This document shows, piece after piece, positions 1 through 9,933 of a DNA stretch of 64,000 nt. Position 1 is the stretch's first letter. Each line of letters begins with the position of its first letter. The translations under genes were made by a program, and so were the position numbers. Origin of the DNA: Ostreococcus lucimarinus. Its lineage: Eukaryota. The stretch is taken from the NCBI GenBank assembly GCA_000092065.1, contig CP000581.1; one strand, given 5' to 3'. The notes under the pieces are model-generated. The model was not told where the DNA came from. It searched no databases and worked only from the letters and a program-made list of their open reading frames with translations.

Positions 1-658
1 ATCGACGCTCTCGCACACGCTCCGCCCGAGATGCAACGTTGCATCCGAATCCAACCAAATCACTCGATCGCACGACCCAGAGCGGAGAAGATCGCGAACG
101 AGAAACACTTTCGCCCAATACGGCGACGCCGACTCCGGCGGCCGCTCCAACCGGTACGAACACGACGGCCCGTCGCCCTCGCACGTCGCTCGATTGTGCG
201 CCATCAGCCGTCCTTCCATCGCATCGAACGCCGGTCGACCGATTCGGGTATCCGACTGCGACACGCACGTCGTCGTCGTCGTCGTCGTCGACGCCGTCTC
301 GTCAACAGCATCGACTTCGCGTTCACGGTGCATCGCGCGCGCGCGCATCGATCGTACTCCTCGTCACGCGTCGTCGTCGCGCGGTGTCGAAGACGATCGA
401 CGCCACCCTTGCGCTTTACTCAAACCCGCGTCGTCGTCGTCGGCGGCGGCTCCGGCGTCACGGCCGTCGATCGGCGCAGTTCTGTCGACGCGTTTCGTGT
501 TGGGAGTGGATCCGAGCTTTTACTTTGACGCGGATTCTAATCGAAGTTTGCTCGTAACACCCACACGCGTTGGTTTTCGCGACGTAACGAGAGTCCGTTC
601 TGAGGAGGAGGAAACGAGAGAGTTTTTGTATGAGATTGCAAACGCATACTCGACGCTT

Positions 659-2443
659 TTAGCGAGCCTCGGCGACGTGCGCGCTCTCGACGGTAGCTAT
701 GTGTGTGGTTTTGTAAGTCCTCGGTGGCGTACGCGGTACGTCGGCACAAATCGTTCGAATCACGCCGACGCCTTTCGTTCGTCCTTCGCGGAAAATGATG
801 CGCGTCCCTTCGCACAAAAATTCAGGCCTGTGGCACCACTCGAATGTCACCATGGCTCGATCGCCCATGCGTAACAAGTCTTTGCCTTCGATTGCGCTGA
901 TACGCGCCGCTTGTCGCACGGTGAGAGCGTGTAGCACTGGCGAATAGTTCACCCGAAGCGTGGTCGGGTGCGCCAAGATGATGACTTCTGCCTTGAATAC
1001 CCACGTAGCTTTCGGCTGAACGCTCGCGTCGCACAAAACCATGCCTTTACGAATTTCTTCCTTATGGATGTGCCCTTTCTTCGGCTTAATGGCGAAGCTT
1101 GCCGTGTTCCCTTGACCGACTGCTTCGACCGCCACACGCTTATTTTGGATGCTCTTTACCTGCACTGGCGTGAATGCGCCGCGGCCATCAGGCCCGAGTA
1201 ACATCGACGCGTGCGTCGTAATTTTTCCGCTCACGACGAGACCGCTCACCACCGTGCCGATACCTTGCACACTGAAAGATTCATCCAAGTGCACAAGCGC
1301 GCGGTCGCCTTCAAGCGGCTTGAATGTCCGCCTGCTTGGAATGTGATTCAAGAACATCCTTATCAGATCGAGTCCTAGTCCCGTGACGCACGACGCCTGA
1401 AATATCGGCGTGATCACGCCGCCGGCGATGTTCTTTACAGATGTCATGACATCGATGTCATCGCGCACGAGGATGGGCGTTTTATGTACGCCCGGGCGCT
1501 TGAGCATCTTCATAAGAGCGTCTAGCGTCGCCACTCTGTTCTCTTCGCTCGCCATGTCAACCTTGGTGACGATGACGAAAAAAGGTACCTTCAAGCCGAG
1601 CATAATTGATAAATGCTCCCGCGTCATGCCTATGATTCCGCCTCTGTTCGCGTCTACGCACATGAGCGCGAAATCAGGCAGCGACCCAGCGATGCCATGC
1701 ATCGTCGTTCGTAAGTACTTTTCGTGCCCGCACAAGTCGCTAAAATGCACGACTTTCGACGACGCCGCGCAGATTTGCTCCCACCTCAACTGATGTGCCT
1801 CTCGTACGTCTGGGTTGGAGTAGTTGATTATATTTCCTTTCGCATCGAATCCCATAATTTGCGACGAGATCGAACTCGTCCTTCCGCTCTCGAGCTCGTG
1901 TTTATGTCGAAACACGCCCCCGCGCGCCAGTCCTCGACCGTTATCCAAACCACCTTTTGTGAGCACGCCCAAAACCGTTGATTTCCCGGAATCCACATTT
2001 CCCAACGTCGTTATTCTGATCTCTTTGTGTTCGCTCGAGCACGGGCGTCGACGCACCAAAAACGTCGCGATTCGCTTTCCCGTCTTCGTCCGCCGTTCGC
2101 ACACCACCGACACATCGCACTCGATAGCCTCTGCCATTCGTTTCAACGTCGCCACGCTCTCCTCCATCTCGCATTCGCTCAATCCGAACACCGTCCCGTC
2201 GTCGTCCACTCCTAAATCGTACAACGCCTCGCCCGCGCCCTCCGCGAGGCAGCGCCAGTGGAGCTGCGTCACGAGTTCCTCGAATCGCTCGGGGGCGACG
2301 TCCACCAAACGCCGCTTGTACTCGCGATTTCCATCGTCGCGCTCGGGTTCGAGCGCGCGCGCGAGCTGATCGAACCCGAACGCGTCCGTCGGCGAGCTCG
2401 ACGATTTTTTGGCGGCCGCGGTCGCTGACGCGGCATCCGTCAT
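659..2443 (-). CDS. GTPBP1: GTP-binding protein 1 family (EF-Tu-like translational GTPase)
   Basis: 594-aa ORF with a P-loop motif GNVDSGKST and EF-Tu-like GTPase plus beta-barrel domains, typical of the GTPBP1/GTPBP2 family. ATG at 2443 and TAA at 659-661 were checked in the sequence. Confidence 0.85.
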   Translation of the reverse strand: MTDAASATAAAKKSSSSPTDAFGFDQLARALEPERDDGNREYKRRLVDVAPERFEELVTQLHWRCLAEGAGEALYDLGVDDDGTVFGLSECEMEESVATLKRMAEAIECDVSVVCERRTKTGKRIATFLVRRRPCSSEHKEIRITTLGNVDSGKSTVLGVLTKGGLDNGRGLARGGVFRHKHELESGRTSSISSQIMGFDAKGNIINYSNPDVREAHQLRWEQICAASSKVVHFSDLCGHEKYLRTTMHGIAGSLPDFALMCVDANRGGIIGMTREHLSIMLGLKVPFFVIVTKVDMASEENRVATLDALMKMLKRPGVHKTPILVRDDIDVMTSVKNIAGGVITPIFQASCVTGLGLDLIRMFLNHIPSRRTFKPLEGDRALVHLDESFSVQGIGTVVSGLVVSGKITTHASMLLGPDGRGAFTPVQVKSIQNKRVAVEAVGQGNTASFAIKPKKGHIHKEEIRKGMVLCDASVQPKATWVFKAEVIILAHPTTLRVNYSPVLHALTVRQAARISAIEGKDLLRMGDRAMVTFEWCHRPEFLCEGTRIIFREGRTKGVGVIRTICADVPRTPPRTYKTTHIATVESAHVAEAR

Positions 2444-2620
2444 GAATGTCGCCGGCGCGTCGCGCGCGCGCGGTTCGCGCGGTCCGCGACGCGCGCGCGC
2501 GGTTCGCGCGTGATTTAGTCGCGCGAGCGCGAGAACGACGCGGGCGGGCGTCGAGAAGTGCGGGACGTCGTGGTTGCTGAATCGAAGCGAGTTGGTTACA
2601 ACCGTCTGACCGTGCCGCCG

Positions 2621-5600
2621 TCACGAGACGGAGACCGAGGTCATGTTCCACTCTAAGATGTCGACGGCTTGCCAGAGATCTCCCGTGGCGGCGGTGAAGC
2701 CGACCCACGCGCTGCCGCTCGTGGCGGAGTCGCGCAAGATGCTCTCGATGTTGAAAGGGACGCTCATCAGCGGTGAGGACATGTCGTCGAGGTAGACGGA
2801 GACGACTCCGAGGGAGTCGGCGGTGTGCGCGCTGAGGGCGGTGGACAAACCGGTGATTTCACCGGACTCGATGGCGAAAAACATCTCCTCAGAGGTGATG
2901 TTGGGCTTGTACGTGATGAAGACTTCGTGAATCTGACCGTCGGTGATGCTCGTCGTGGGCACGGAACCGTCAAGAGCGACGGTCGCGAGGCTCGCCGCCG
3001 AATGCGCCGTGTTTGGGGATTTACCGCGAGTGTGAATCGCGACGTGACTCTCACGTGGTTCGTTATATGCTGCGGTGAACACGGTGTCGAACTCGAACGC
3101 AATCGAATTGGTGATGCCACCGTATCCCAATCCGGGACCATCGAACCCGATGTCTGTCGCTCCCGGCGCCGAAGCGCTATCGTCGCGAATGACAAACGCA
3201 AAGCCGTCGCCGCCCGAAGTCGTACACTTTTCATAGAGCTTAGTGTGTAAAGACTGCACGAACGCACCGCTGACGCTCTCGGCGTAGTCACATGTGACTG
3301 TCGGTTGCGTGATCATGAACTTGAAGGTCACGTTGAATCCTTGCGCGACTTGCTGTTGCTGTGGATACCACACCGCGCCGCTCGCGTTTCGCACGGGATC
3401 GATGACCCGTAGTGCTTTGTAGTCGCACGCCCCGAGCTCGTCGGTTTCTTGGCTCGCCGTACGCGAGAGTCGTGTGCGCAGCGTCCCAAATGAGTCTATA
3501 CGTCTTGGTCCGCGAGCAGCATTTTGCGTGGTCGTCGTTTTCTGCCCAAAGTCTTGCGTCCACCAACCACCCGTAACGCGCCACGAGCCGCTCGCCCAGC
3601 TCCGCTCCATCTTTGAACTTTTCTTTTCCTCGCTCGCTTGCAGCCAAACCCGCTCACATGTTGGAGGTACGGGCTCGGGTTCAGTTCTCCAGTCGGCGAC
3701 GCACGTACACCGCTGATCGGCCCATTCTGCGACGTAGTCCAACACTCTCTCCGAATACGGGTTCCAGTCACGATCGAGACGTGACTGTGCCTCGGTCCAG
3801 TCTTCCGGCATACTCGCGCTCGTGGTGATGATTCCTAAATAGTTCGACCCCGTTTTCTTGCCGTGCAGTCTATGACCAGCCCGATACGTCGCCCCCGTGC
3901 AAAACGGATAAATAACACCGACGAATTCCGGTTTCACTTGCAACGCTTGATATTCGCTCGTATTCGTCACTCGACTACCAGTGACGACGACTGTGTTCAC
4001 CGTGTTCGGCACGCTCGTGGAGCTGATCACATCCGCTCGTCCGCTCACAAAAATCGACTGCCAAGAATCTAAATATTCTTGCTCGACGGAAGTGTAGCCG
4101 TATTCGACGCTTTCAGTGACATCAATAACTGCAGCGTTAGCAATCTGCGAATCCGGCTCGATGGTGTAGATCGTCTCCGTGTTCGTCGACGATTCGGTGT
4201 ACGTCAAAGATCCTCCTCGGATCTGTTCTTTCGTGAATGGACCGATCACTACACCGCTTGGAAGTTTAACGAGGAAGATTTCTTCGCACGCATTCGCGTT
4301 GGTCTTCCTATCCGTGGCATCCGCCGCTAAACACGAGCCACATGCGTCGAGCGTTTTACCGCTATTCGGCACGCCGTCACAACCGCAACATCCGCCGCCC
4401 CCCGCTGCACACGCGGTGATGAAAGCATCGGGGTCGCTACACCCGCTACCAACCTCGCCAACTTGTACGAGCAGCGTCTTCGCTCCCGAAACGGCGTCGA
4501 TACTATACATTCTTGTGTCGTCAGAGTCGTAGCACGCGTCTTGCACTTTACCGCTCGCGACGATGCCGTCGCAACCGACGCAATCCAAGCCGTTGCTACT
4601 CCCTCCACAAATCCCACACACATCCACCTCAGTCGATCCACCACACACATCGCAATCATCTGGATACAAGCCCTCTAACGGCCCTACCGGAAGCGGCGTC
4701 GCGCTCGTCGCACAACCTAAACAAGACGAAAGCTGCCCCTTGCAAACGCCGCACGCGTCGCGATTGTTTGTCACTTGCGGTAAAGCCGTGAGCTCTGGAT
4801 AGCACATCGTCGTACCTGGAACAGCGGCCTGCGTGGCGACGAGCGCCCATGCATCTTTGAACGCCTGTTCTGCCTGTTCATAGAGCGTCTGCGCCGCAGC
4901 CTTGTGTCTTGGTTCTACCAGCGCGCGAAACGTCGTCATCGTCGCCGCCGCCGCCGCGAACGCCTCTTGCCCTTGCGTCCATAAATTTTCTATCTGCGTG
5001 TGCTCGGCTGGTTTCACACCGTTGGGGTAGTACGATGCGCCGTCGATGCATTCACAACACAAATCTTGCGCGCTCGTCCCGAAAGCCACGCCGGCGCAAT
5101 CGCAGCACCAGCTCCACAGCGACGGATCCGTTCCCGAGCACCCGTTCCCGCCGCACACCCCGCACACGTCCATCACCGCTCCGCTATTCGCGACTCCATC
5201 GCACCCGACGCAGCCACCGAGATGATGATCCGGGACCCCCTCTCGCGAAAACGTCGCGTCCGTCGGCGCTTTACAATTCCCGCACGCGTCCGTCGTCGCG
5301 GCGCCGCCCGTGACGCTCGCGCAGTCCTCGCACGTGGCGTTAAACGTACACGTTATGGACGTATCGCTCTTATCGCACGCCGTCCCGCACGCCCCGCACG
5401 CATCGAACACCTTCCCACTGTTCGTCACGCCATCGCATCCCTGACACGCCGCGCCGTCCCCGCCGCACGTCCCGCACGCGTCCACGACGCGTTCGCGAAA
5501 CGCCGCCGTCCCCGCGTACGTCACCGTCGTCCCCGTCCCCGTCGACGGCATCACGCTGAACGCCCCTCGCGCCGGCACCGCGACGCTCGCGAGCGCGAGC

Positions 5601-5650
5601 ACCCCCCCCACGATCGCCCGCGCCGCCGTCGCCGGTCGTCGCCGTCCCAT
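2621..5650 (-). CDS. secreted cysteine-rich repeat protein with C-terminal L-type (legume-like) lectin domain
   Basis: Internal Met MGRRRPATAARAIVGGVLALASVAVPARG gives a signal-peptide-like start at 5650; the longer ORF to 6292 begins at an alternative codon and is low-complexity. Many tandem D-x-C-G-x-C-G-G-D/N-G...C-D-G-V-x-N-S-G modules follow. The C-terminal ~230 aa carries legume-lectin motifs (GDGFAFVI, LGYGG..NSIAFEFDT, HVAIHT, WVGFTAATGD). Confidence 0.7.
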   Translation of the reverse strand: MGRRRPATAARAIVGGVLALASVAVPARGAFSVMPSTGTGTTVTYAGTAAFRERVVDACGTCGGDGAACQGCDGVTNSGKVFDACGACGTACDKSDTSITCTFNATCEDCASVTGGAATTDACGNCKAPTDATFSREGVPDHHLGGCVGCDGVANSGAVMDVCGVCGGNGCSGTDPSLWSWCCDCAGVAFGTSAQDLCCECIDGASYYPNGVKPAEHTQIENLWTQGQEAFAAAAATMTTFRALVEPRHKAAAQTLYEQAEQAFKDAWALVATQAAVPGTTMCYPELTALPQVTNNRDACGVCKGQLSSCLGCATSATPLPVGPLEGLYPDDCDVCGGSTEVDVCGICGGSSNGLDCVGCDGIVASGKVQDACYDSDDTRMYSIDAVSGAKTLLVQVGEVGSGCSDPDAFITACAAGGGGCCGCDGVPNSGKTLDACGSCLAADATDRKTNANACEEIFLVKLPSGVVIGPFTKEQIRGGSLTYTESSTNTETIYTIEPDSQIANAAVIDVTESVEYGYTSVEQEYLDSWQSIFVSGRADVISSTSVPNTVNTVVVTGSRVTNTSEYQALQVKPEFVGVIYPFCTGATYRAGHRLHGKKTGSNYLGIITTSASMPEDWTEAQSRLDRDWNPYSERVLDYVAEWADQRCTCVADWRTEPEPVPPTCERVWLQASEEKKSSKMERSWASGSWRVTGGWWTQDFGQKTTTTQNAARGPRRIDSFGTLRTRLSRTASQETDELGACDYKALRVIDPVRNASGAVWYPQQQQVAQGFNVTFKFMITQPTVTCDYAESVSGAFVQSLHTKLYEKCTTSGGDGFAFVIRDDSASAPGATDIGFDGPGLGYGGITNSIAFEFDTVFTAAYNEPRESHVAIHTRGKSPNTAHSAASLATVALDGSVPTTSITDGQIHEVFITYKPNITSEEMFFAIESGEITGLSTALSAHTADSLGVVSVYLDDMSSPLMSVPFNIESILRDSATSGSAWVGFTAATGDLWQAVDILEWNMTSVSVS

Positions 5651-6104
5651 CGCGCGTCGTCGTCGCGTCGCGTCCCAACGACTCGCGCGTTGCGCGCGCG
5701 CCCGCCGCACCGCGACGCGCCCGCGCGCCCGCGGCGCGGTCGTCCGAGCGCGACCGCGCGTCGCGGGCCTCGCGTCGCGATCCGCGGCGTCGCGGCGCCG
5801 GCGCGCGCGCGTCCGCGCGCGCGGGCCGCCCGCGGCGGTCGCGCGGGCGCGACGGCCGCGGGTGTTCGGACATTTCGTAGCTGCACAAACAGTGTGACGA
5901 AAACTACCGATTGCACGCGCCACGCATAGAACGCAAAAAAACCCGATCGAGGTCCGCGCGCGGTGCGTTTTATATCGAGCAAATCTCGCGCGGCGAAGAT
6001 ACGATAACGGCGAAGATACGAGGCGCGACGACGCCCGTCGGCGCGCGGCACACTCGCGCGGGCCCGGCGCGACGCGCGCGCCGCACGCGACGACGACGCG
6101 AACG

Positions 6105-8030
6105 ATGGCGATGGCGCCCGCGCGCGCGGCGACGCGCGGCGCGACGACGATGCGGCGAAACGCGACGCTCGGCGGAGGACGAACGATGGGACGCGCGATG
6201 GTCGTCGCGGGACGCGACGCGGGACGACGACGCGCGGTGGGGACGCGCGCGGTGCAGACGCCGATGAAACCGGCGGAGGAACGCGAGTCCACGGAAGAAG
6301 CGGCGCCGTTCGAGAGGGAGTATAAGGATTACGCGACGGGATACGCGTCGGTGCCGGGGCTGGCGTACGAAAACATGGGTTGGGTGACCGAGGTGGAGGG
6401 CGAGATCCCGAAGGAGATGGTCGGGACGCTGCTGCGCAACGGGCCGGCGATGTACGAGAGAGATGGGTTCGTGAAGAGTTATCTCGATGGGGACGGTATG
6501 GTGACGTCGATCGCGATCAAGGATGGGAAGGCGTACTTTCGGAACAAGTTCGTGCGCACGGAGCACTTCGATAAGGAGGAGGAACTCGGGAAGTATACCG
6601 AACCGAGCATCTTCACCGCGAGCGATCCGAGAAAGCCTGCGTTCTTTTATAGATTGTTTAACGATATTTTGGGGGGGGATCTCTCGCGTAAGCAAAACGG
6701 GGCGTACAACGTGTTGAACTGGGGCGATTCGCTCGTCGCCGTGGATTACAAAAAACCGTACGCGTTGAACCCGGATACTTTGGAAACTATCGGTCACGGT
6801 GCGTGCGATTTGTCTTCCGTCATGCACACGTCTCACTACCGCACTGTCACCGAGCCCGATGGTAGCCGTCGTTGCGTGGCGTTCTTGAATGAAGTCGACT
6901 GGCGCGCCAACGCTGGCGTCGGGACTACGAAAGCCGTCTTCTATGAGTTTGACGAACAAGGCAAGGAAGTGTCTCGTCGTGCGTACGACTACCCGGCTTC
7001 ATACGTGCACGATTTGGTCGTCACCGAAAACTACTACATCTTGTTCGATTGCCCGATCAAGATAGATTTCCCGGCCGTCTTCACAAAGTACATCTTTGAA
7101 AGATCGTGCTTGTCCGAGCTCATCTGCGAAGACACCGAACGACGCCCATTATTCCGTATTTTCCCGCGCCGTGGTGATTCGAGAGAAGTTCAAACCGCTC
7201 CGGCCGATTATTGGTGCTACGCCTACCACCATGTGAACGGTTTTGAAGATAAGGATGGCAACGTCGTCTTCGACACGTGTACTTGGGATAAGTTCACGTT
7301 GTACTTTACCGATATTTGCAACCCGAACGGTAAGGACAACTACCCGCGTATGAAGTTGAGCCGATTCTTGATTGATATGAAGAAGCTCGAAGCCAAGCAC
7401 ACTGAGTTAAGCGACGTTCCGTGCGAGCTCCCGATTACTAGCTGGGACTACACTGGGGCGCCGTATGAGCACATGTACCTCAGCACCTCCGTCGGTCGAA
7501 CCGCAGAAGGTGTCAACGGCCCGATGCAGGCGCTCACCAAGGCGTCGCTCAAATCTGATGGTGATAAGCTCTACTACGAGGAACAGTGGGTGCCGGGTGA
7601 CAGAAAGTTCGCCATGGAGCCCTTCTTCGTGCCACGGCCTGGAGGCACGGCGGAGGACGATGGTTGGGTCGTCGCGCTCGTCCACGATGCTGCGTACGAT
7701 AAGAGTACGTTCGGTGGTCGTGGTACCGAGATGGTGATCATTGATGCTCAAAAGTTCTCCGAAGGTCCGGTCGCGCGACTTCGCTTGCCCACGTACGTGC
7801 CGTTCGGCGTGCACGGTTCGTGGAGCCCGAAGTACGTCGCGGGTCCGCCCAAGGAAGACGAGCTTGCGAGATTAGCTGAGATGCGCGCGAGAAACGACGG
7901 CAAGGCCATCAGTCTCGGCGCGAGTGCGGCAGAACCGGTGATTCACAACACGCCGACGCCGCAGGCGATCGGTCTGACCGTCGCCGGTATCGCCCTCGGC
8001 ATCACCGCGTTCAGCACGATTCTTCAATAA
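6105..8030 (+). CDS. carotenoid cleavage dioxygenase (RPE65/CCD family), probably organelle-targeted
   Basis: 641-aa ORF with CCD family motifs (YAYHHVNGFED, EPFFVPR) and conserved His positions. It has an Arg/Ala-rich N-terminal presequence and a C-terminal hydrophobic helix IGLTVAGIALGITAFSTIL. ATG at 6105 checked. Confidence 0.85.
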   Translation: MAMAPARAATRGATTMRRNATLGGGRTMGRAMVVAGRDAGRRRAVGTRAVQTPMKPAEERESTEEAAPFEREYKDYATGYASVPGLAYENMGWVTEVEGEIPKEMVGTLLRNGPAMYERDGFVKSYLDGDGMVTSIAIKDGKAYFRNKFVRTEHFDKEEELGKYTEPSIFTASDPRKPAFFYRLFNDILGGDLSRKQNGAYNVLNWGDSLVAVDYKKPYALNPDTLETIGHGACDLSSVMHTSHYRTVTEPDGSRRCVAFLNEVDWRANAGVGTTKAVFYEFDEQGKEVSRRAYDYPASYVHDLVVTENYYILFDCPIKIDFPAVFTKYIFERSCLSELICEDTERRPLFRIFPRRGDSREVQTAPADYWCYAYHHVNGFEDKDGNVVFDTCTWDKFTLYFTDICNPNGKDNYPRMKLSRFLIDMKKLEAKHTELSDVPCELPITSWDYTGAPYEHMYLSTSVGRTAEGVNGPMQALTKASLKSDGDKLYYEEQWVPGDRKFAMEPFFVPRPGGTAEDDGWVVALVHDAAYDKSTFGGRGTEMVIIDAQKFSEGPVARLRLPTYVPFGVHGSWSPKYVAGPPKEDELARLAEMRARNDGKAISLGASAAEPVIHNTPTPQAIGLTVAGIALGITAFSTILQ

Positions 8031-8155
8031 GTCGATTCGTGTCGACAAGCAAAAACTTATTACTCGTCGTACCTTAGTAGCAAGCAAGATGCAAACGTAT
8101 ATGTAGAACTATTCAAGAACAAACCATCTAAATCTTTTGTTACAAGAGCGCCACC

Positions 8156-9820
8156 TCATCTACTCCTCGCCTTGAGCAGGTCCTCGTCTGAATCGACAAA
8201 TTTGATATTTGTCTTCAACTCGCTAATGTGTAAATTGGACAACGCGTCCAGTTCGTTCGGTGAATCCGTGAGCGCGCGTTCGACACTGTAACGTTCACAA
8301 AACGTCTCAATGCGATCCCACGCGTTCTGCAATTCGTCATCTGGAACTGTAATCACTAGACGTAAGTATCCGGGCGCGTGAAAGCACGTGCCCGGCAACA
8401 CGAGTACTGATTCCTCCGCAAGCAGGCGCTTGGCGAAGGTGACATCAGTGAAAAACCCATTTGCGTCCTTGAACGCATCACCATTCATTTTCAACAGCAC
8501 ATACATCGCTCCTTGAGGTTCACAAGGAACAGTCAAACCACGAACTCGCGCACAGCGTTCGACGCAGCGCTGGCTTGCGCGACGCAAGACGCCGAGCGTA
8601 GCCTTTAGCCACTCCGTCTCGTTGGCTTTGAAAATTCCCGGAATCGCGGCTTGGATCGGCGTCGGCGGACCTAACGACACCTGACACAAGTTGTTAATCG
8701 CAAGCTGCACGCCTGCAGTCTGTAGAATATGATCGTAGTCGTGAAGGACAAGCCAACCAATGCGCCATCCGGGCGCGAGCCAGCGCTTGCTCAACGCACT
8801 CACCACCATGACGGGAACTCTACCACTAAAAGCTGCGATCGACAGAAACGGCCTGTCTTCATCGAAAGCGACGTCTTCGTACACTTCATCGGCGATGATT
8901 GGCAAGCGCAACTCGTGGCAAGTCTCGCAAATTTCTCGCAGGTGACCTTCACTAAACACCGCGCCGCAAGGATTGCTCGGGTTATTCACGACGATCGCCA
9001 CCGTGTTTTCGTCCCGAAGCCTGCGAACATCGTCAATCTTGACTTCCCATCCATTTTCGTCGTCTAAATCATAAAACTTGTATCCCAAACCGTGCCTATG
9101 ACACAAAGTTTCATACAACGGAAAACCGGGCCTCGGCAGTAAAATGTTTGCTCCCTCCACCGCCATCGCCGCGAACGAGTGTGAGAGCGCCTCGGAGCAA
9201 CCAACTGTCATGAAAACGTCCTCTGTTCTCAACGGTGGACGATCGGGTAACGAATACCGCATCGCCACCGCCGCCCGCGCGGTCGCCGAACCCGCGCTCG
9301 CCGTGTACCCGTTGTGCGCGCTCGTCGAGAACGCCCCAGCCACCTCATCCATCGCCGTCTTCGGCGGCAAAAGGTGTCCAAACACCGTCGGATCTCCTTG
9401 CGCGAGCGATATCAGCCTCTTCTCGGGATTCGCCAACCCGACCATCTCGTCCACGATTCGCCGAATGGGATTACACAGCTCCTTCAGCGCGCTCGCTCGA
9501 ACGTTCCACCCGTCTCTGTGATAGCCATCGACGCTTCGTCGTCGCTCGACCGTCATCGACCGACGTCCCGTGGACGCCTTCCCCTCGAGCTCGTGCGCGC
9601 TGGCGGTCATGACGCTTCGCGCGTTCGCAGCGCTATTTCGGGCGAGCCGCCGGTCGTCGTCGAACGCGACGCCGCGCCGCGCGTTCGGCGCGCGCGTTCG
9701 ATGCGAGCGCGCGGGAAAGCGGTCTACTGCTTTCGCCTCGCGCGTCGTTCGCGTCGCGCGCGGTGGTGCGCGCGCAAGAGGCGCGTTTTGACGGCTGATG
9801 GGCGTAAGGGACGACGTCAC
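8156..9820 (-). CDS. TAT: tyrosine aminotransferase (class I/II PLP aminotransferase)
   Basis: Aminotransferase class-I signatures are present (NPSNPCGAVFS; PLP-lysine context SKRWLAPGWRIGWLV) in the TAT/nicotianamine aminotransferase subfamily. The start is ambiguous: the longest ORF begins at 9820, and the internal ATG at 9610 (MTASAHELEG) gives a more typical length. Confidence 0.8.
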   Translation of the reverse strand: MTSSLTPISRQNAPLARAPPRATRTTREAKAVDRFPARSHRTRAPNARRGVAFDDDRRLARNSAANARSVMTASAHELEGKASTGRRSMTVERRRSVDGYHRDGWNVRASALKELCNPIRRIVDEMVGLANPEKRLISLAQGDPTVFGHLLPPKTAMDEVAGAFSTSAHNGYTASAGSATARAAVAMRYSLPDRPPLRTEDVFMTVGCSEALSHSFAAMAVEGANILLPRPGFPLYETLCHRHGLGYKFYDLDDENGWEVKIDDVRRLRDENTVAIVVNNPSNPCGAVFSEGHLREICETCHELRLPIIADEVYEDVAFDEDRPFLSIAAFSGRVPVMVVSALSKRWLAPGWRIGWLVLHDYDHILQTAGVQLAINNLCQVSLGPPTPIQAAIPGIFKANETEWLKATLGVLRRASQRCVERCARVRGLTVPCEPQGAMYVLLKMNGDAFKDANGFFTDVTFAKRLLAEESVLVLPGTCFHAPGYLRLVITVPDDELQNAWDRIETFCERYSVERALTDSPNELDALSNLHISELKTNIKFVDSDEDLLKARSR

Positions 9821-9933
9821 CTCGATAAGGCGTTCAGGCGTTTGCCTCGAAAACGCCGACCGCGCCTCGAACGTGTACCTAAATGCATCTTCTATGACAC
9901 GCGAGAACTAAATCTAAGAACTAAGATGGAATG

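Noticed and set aside
1-658. Three overlapping ORFs in all three plus frames (31..528, 39..557, 194..874) at the window start.
   Set aside because: No frame is preferred and the translations are poly-Arg/Ser/Thr low complexity with (CGT)n runs. The region is more likely UTR or intergenic sequence downstream of the GTPBP1 gene. A partial gene cannot be excluded, but there is no support for one.
5000-5929. Long ORFs of 200-550 aa on the opposite strand of almost every gene, e.g. 5000..5929, 10951..11943, 16093..16704, 49150..50154, 54191..55771, 57947..59176 and 22407..23660.
   Set aside because: Their translations are Arg/Ala/Pro/Gly-rich low complexity with no motifs. They are the expected stop-codon-poor antisense frames of a 65%-GC, GC3-biased genome, not overlapping genes.
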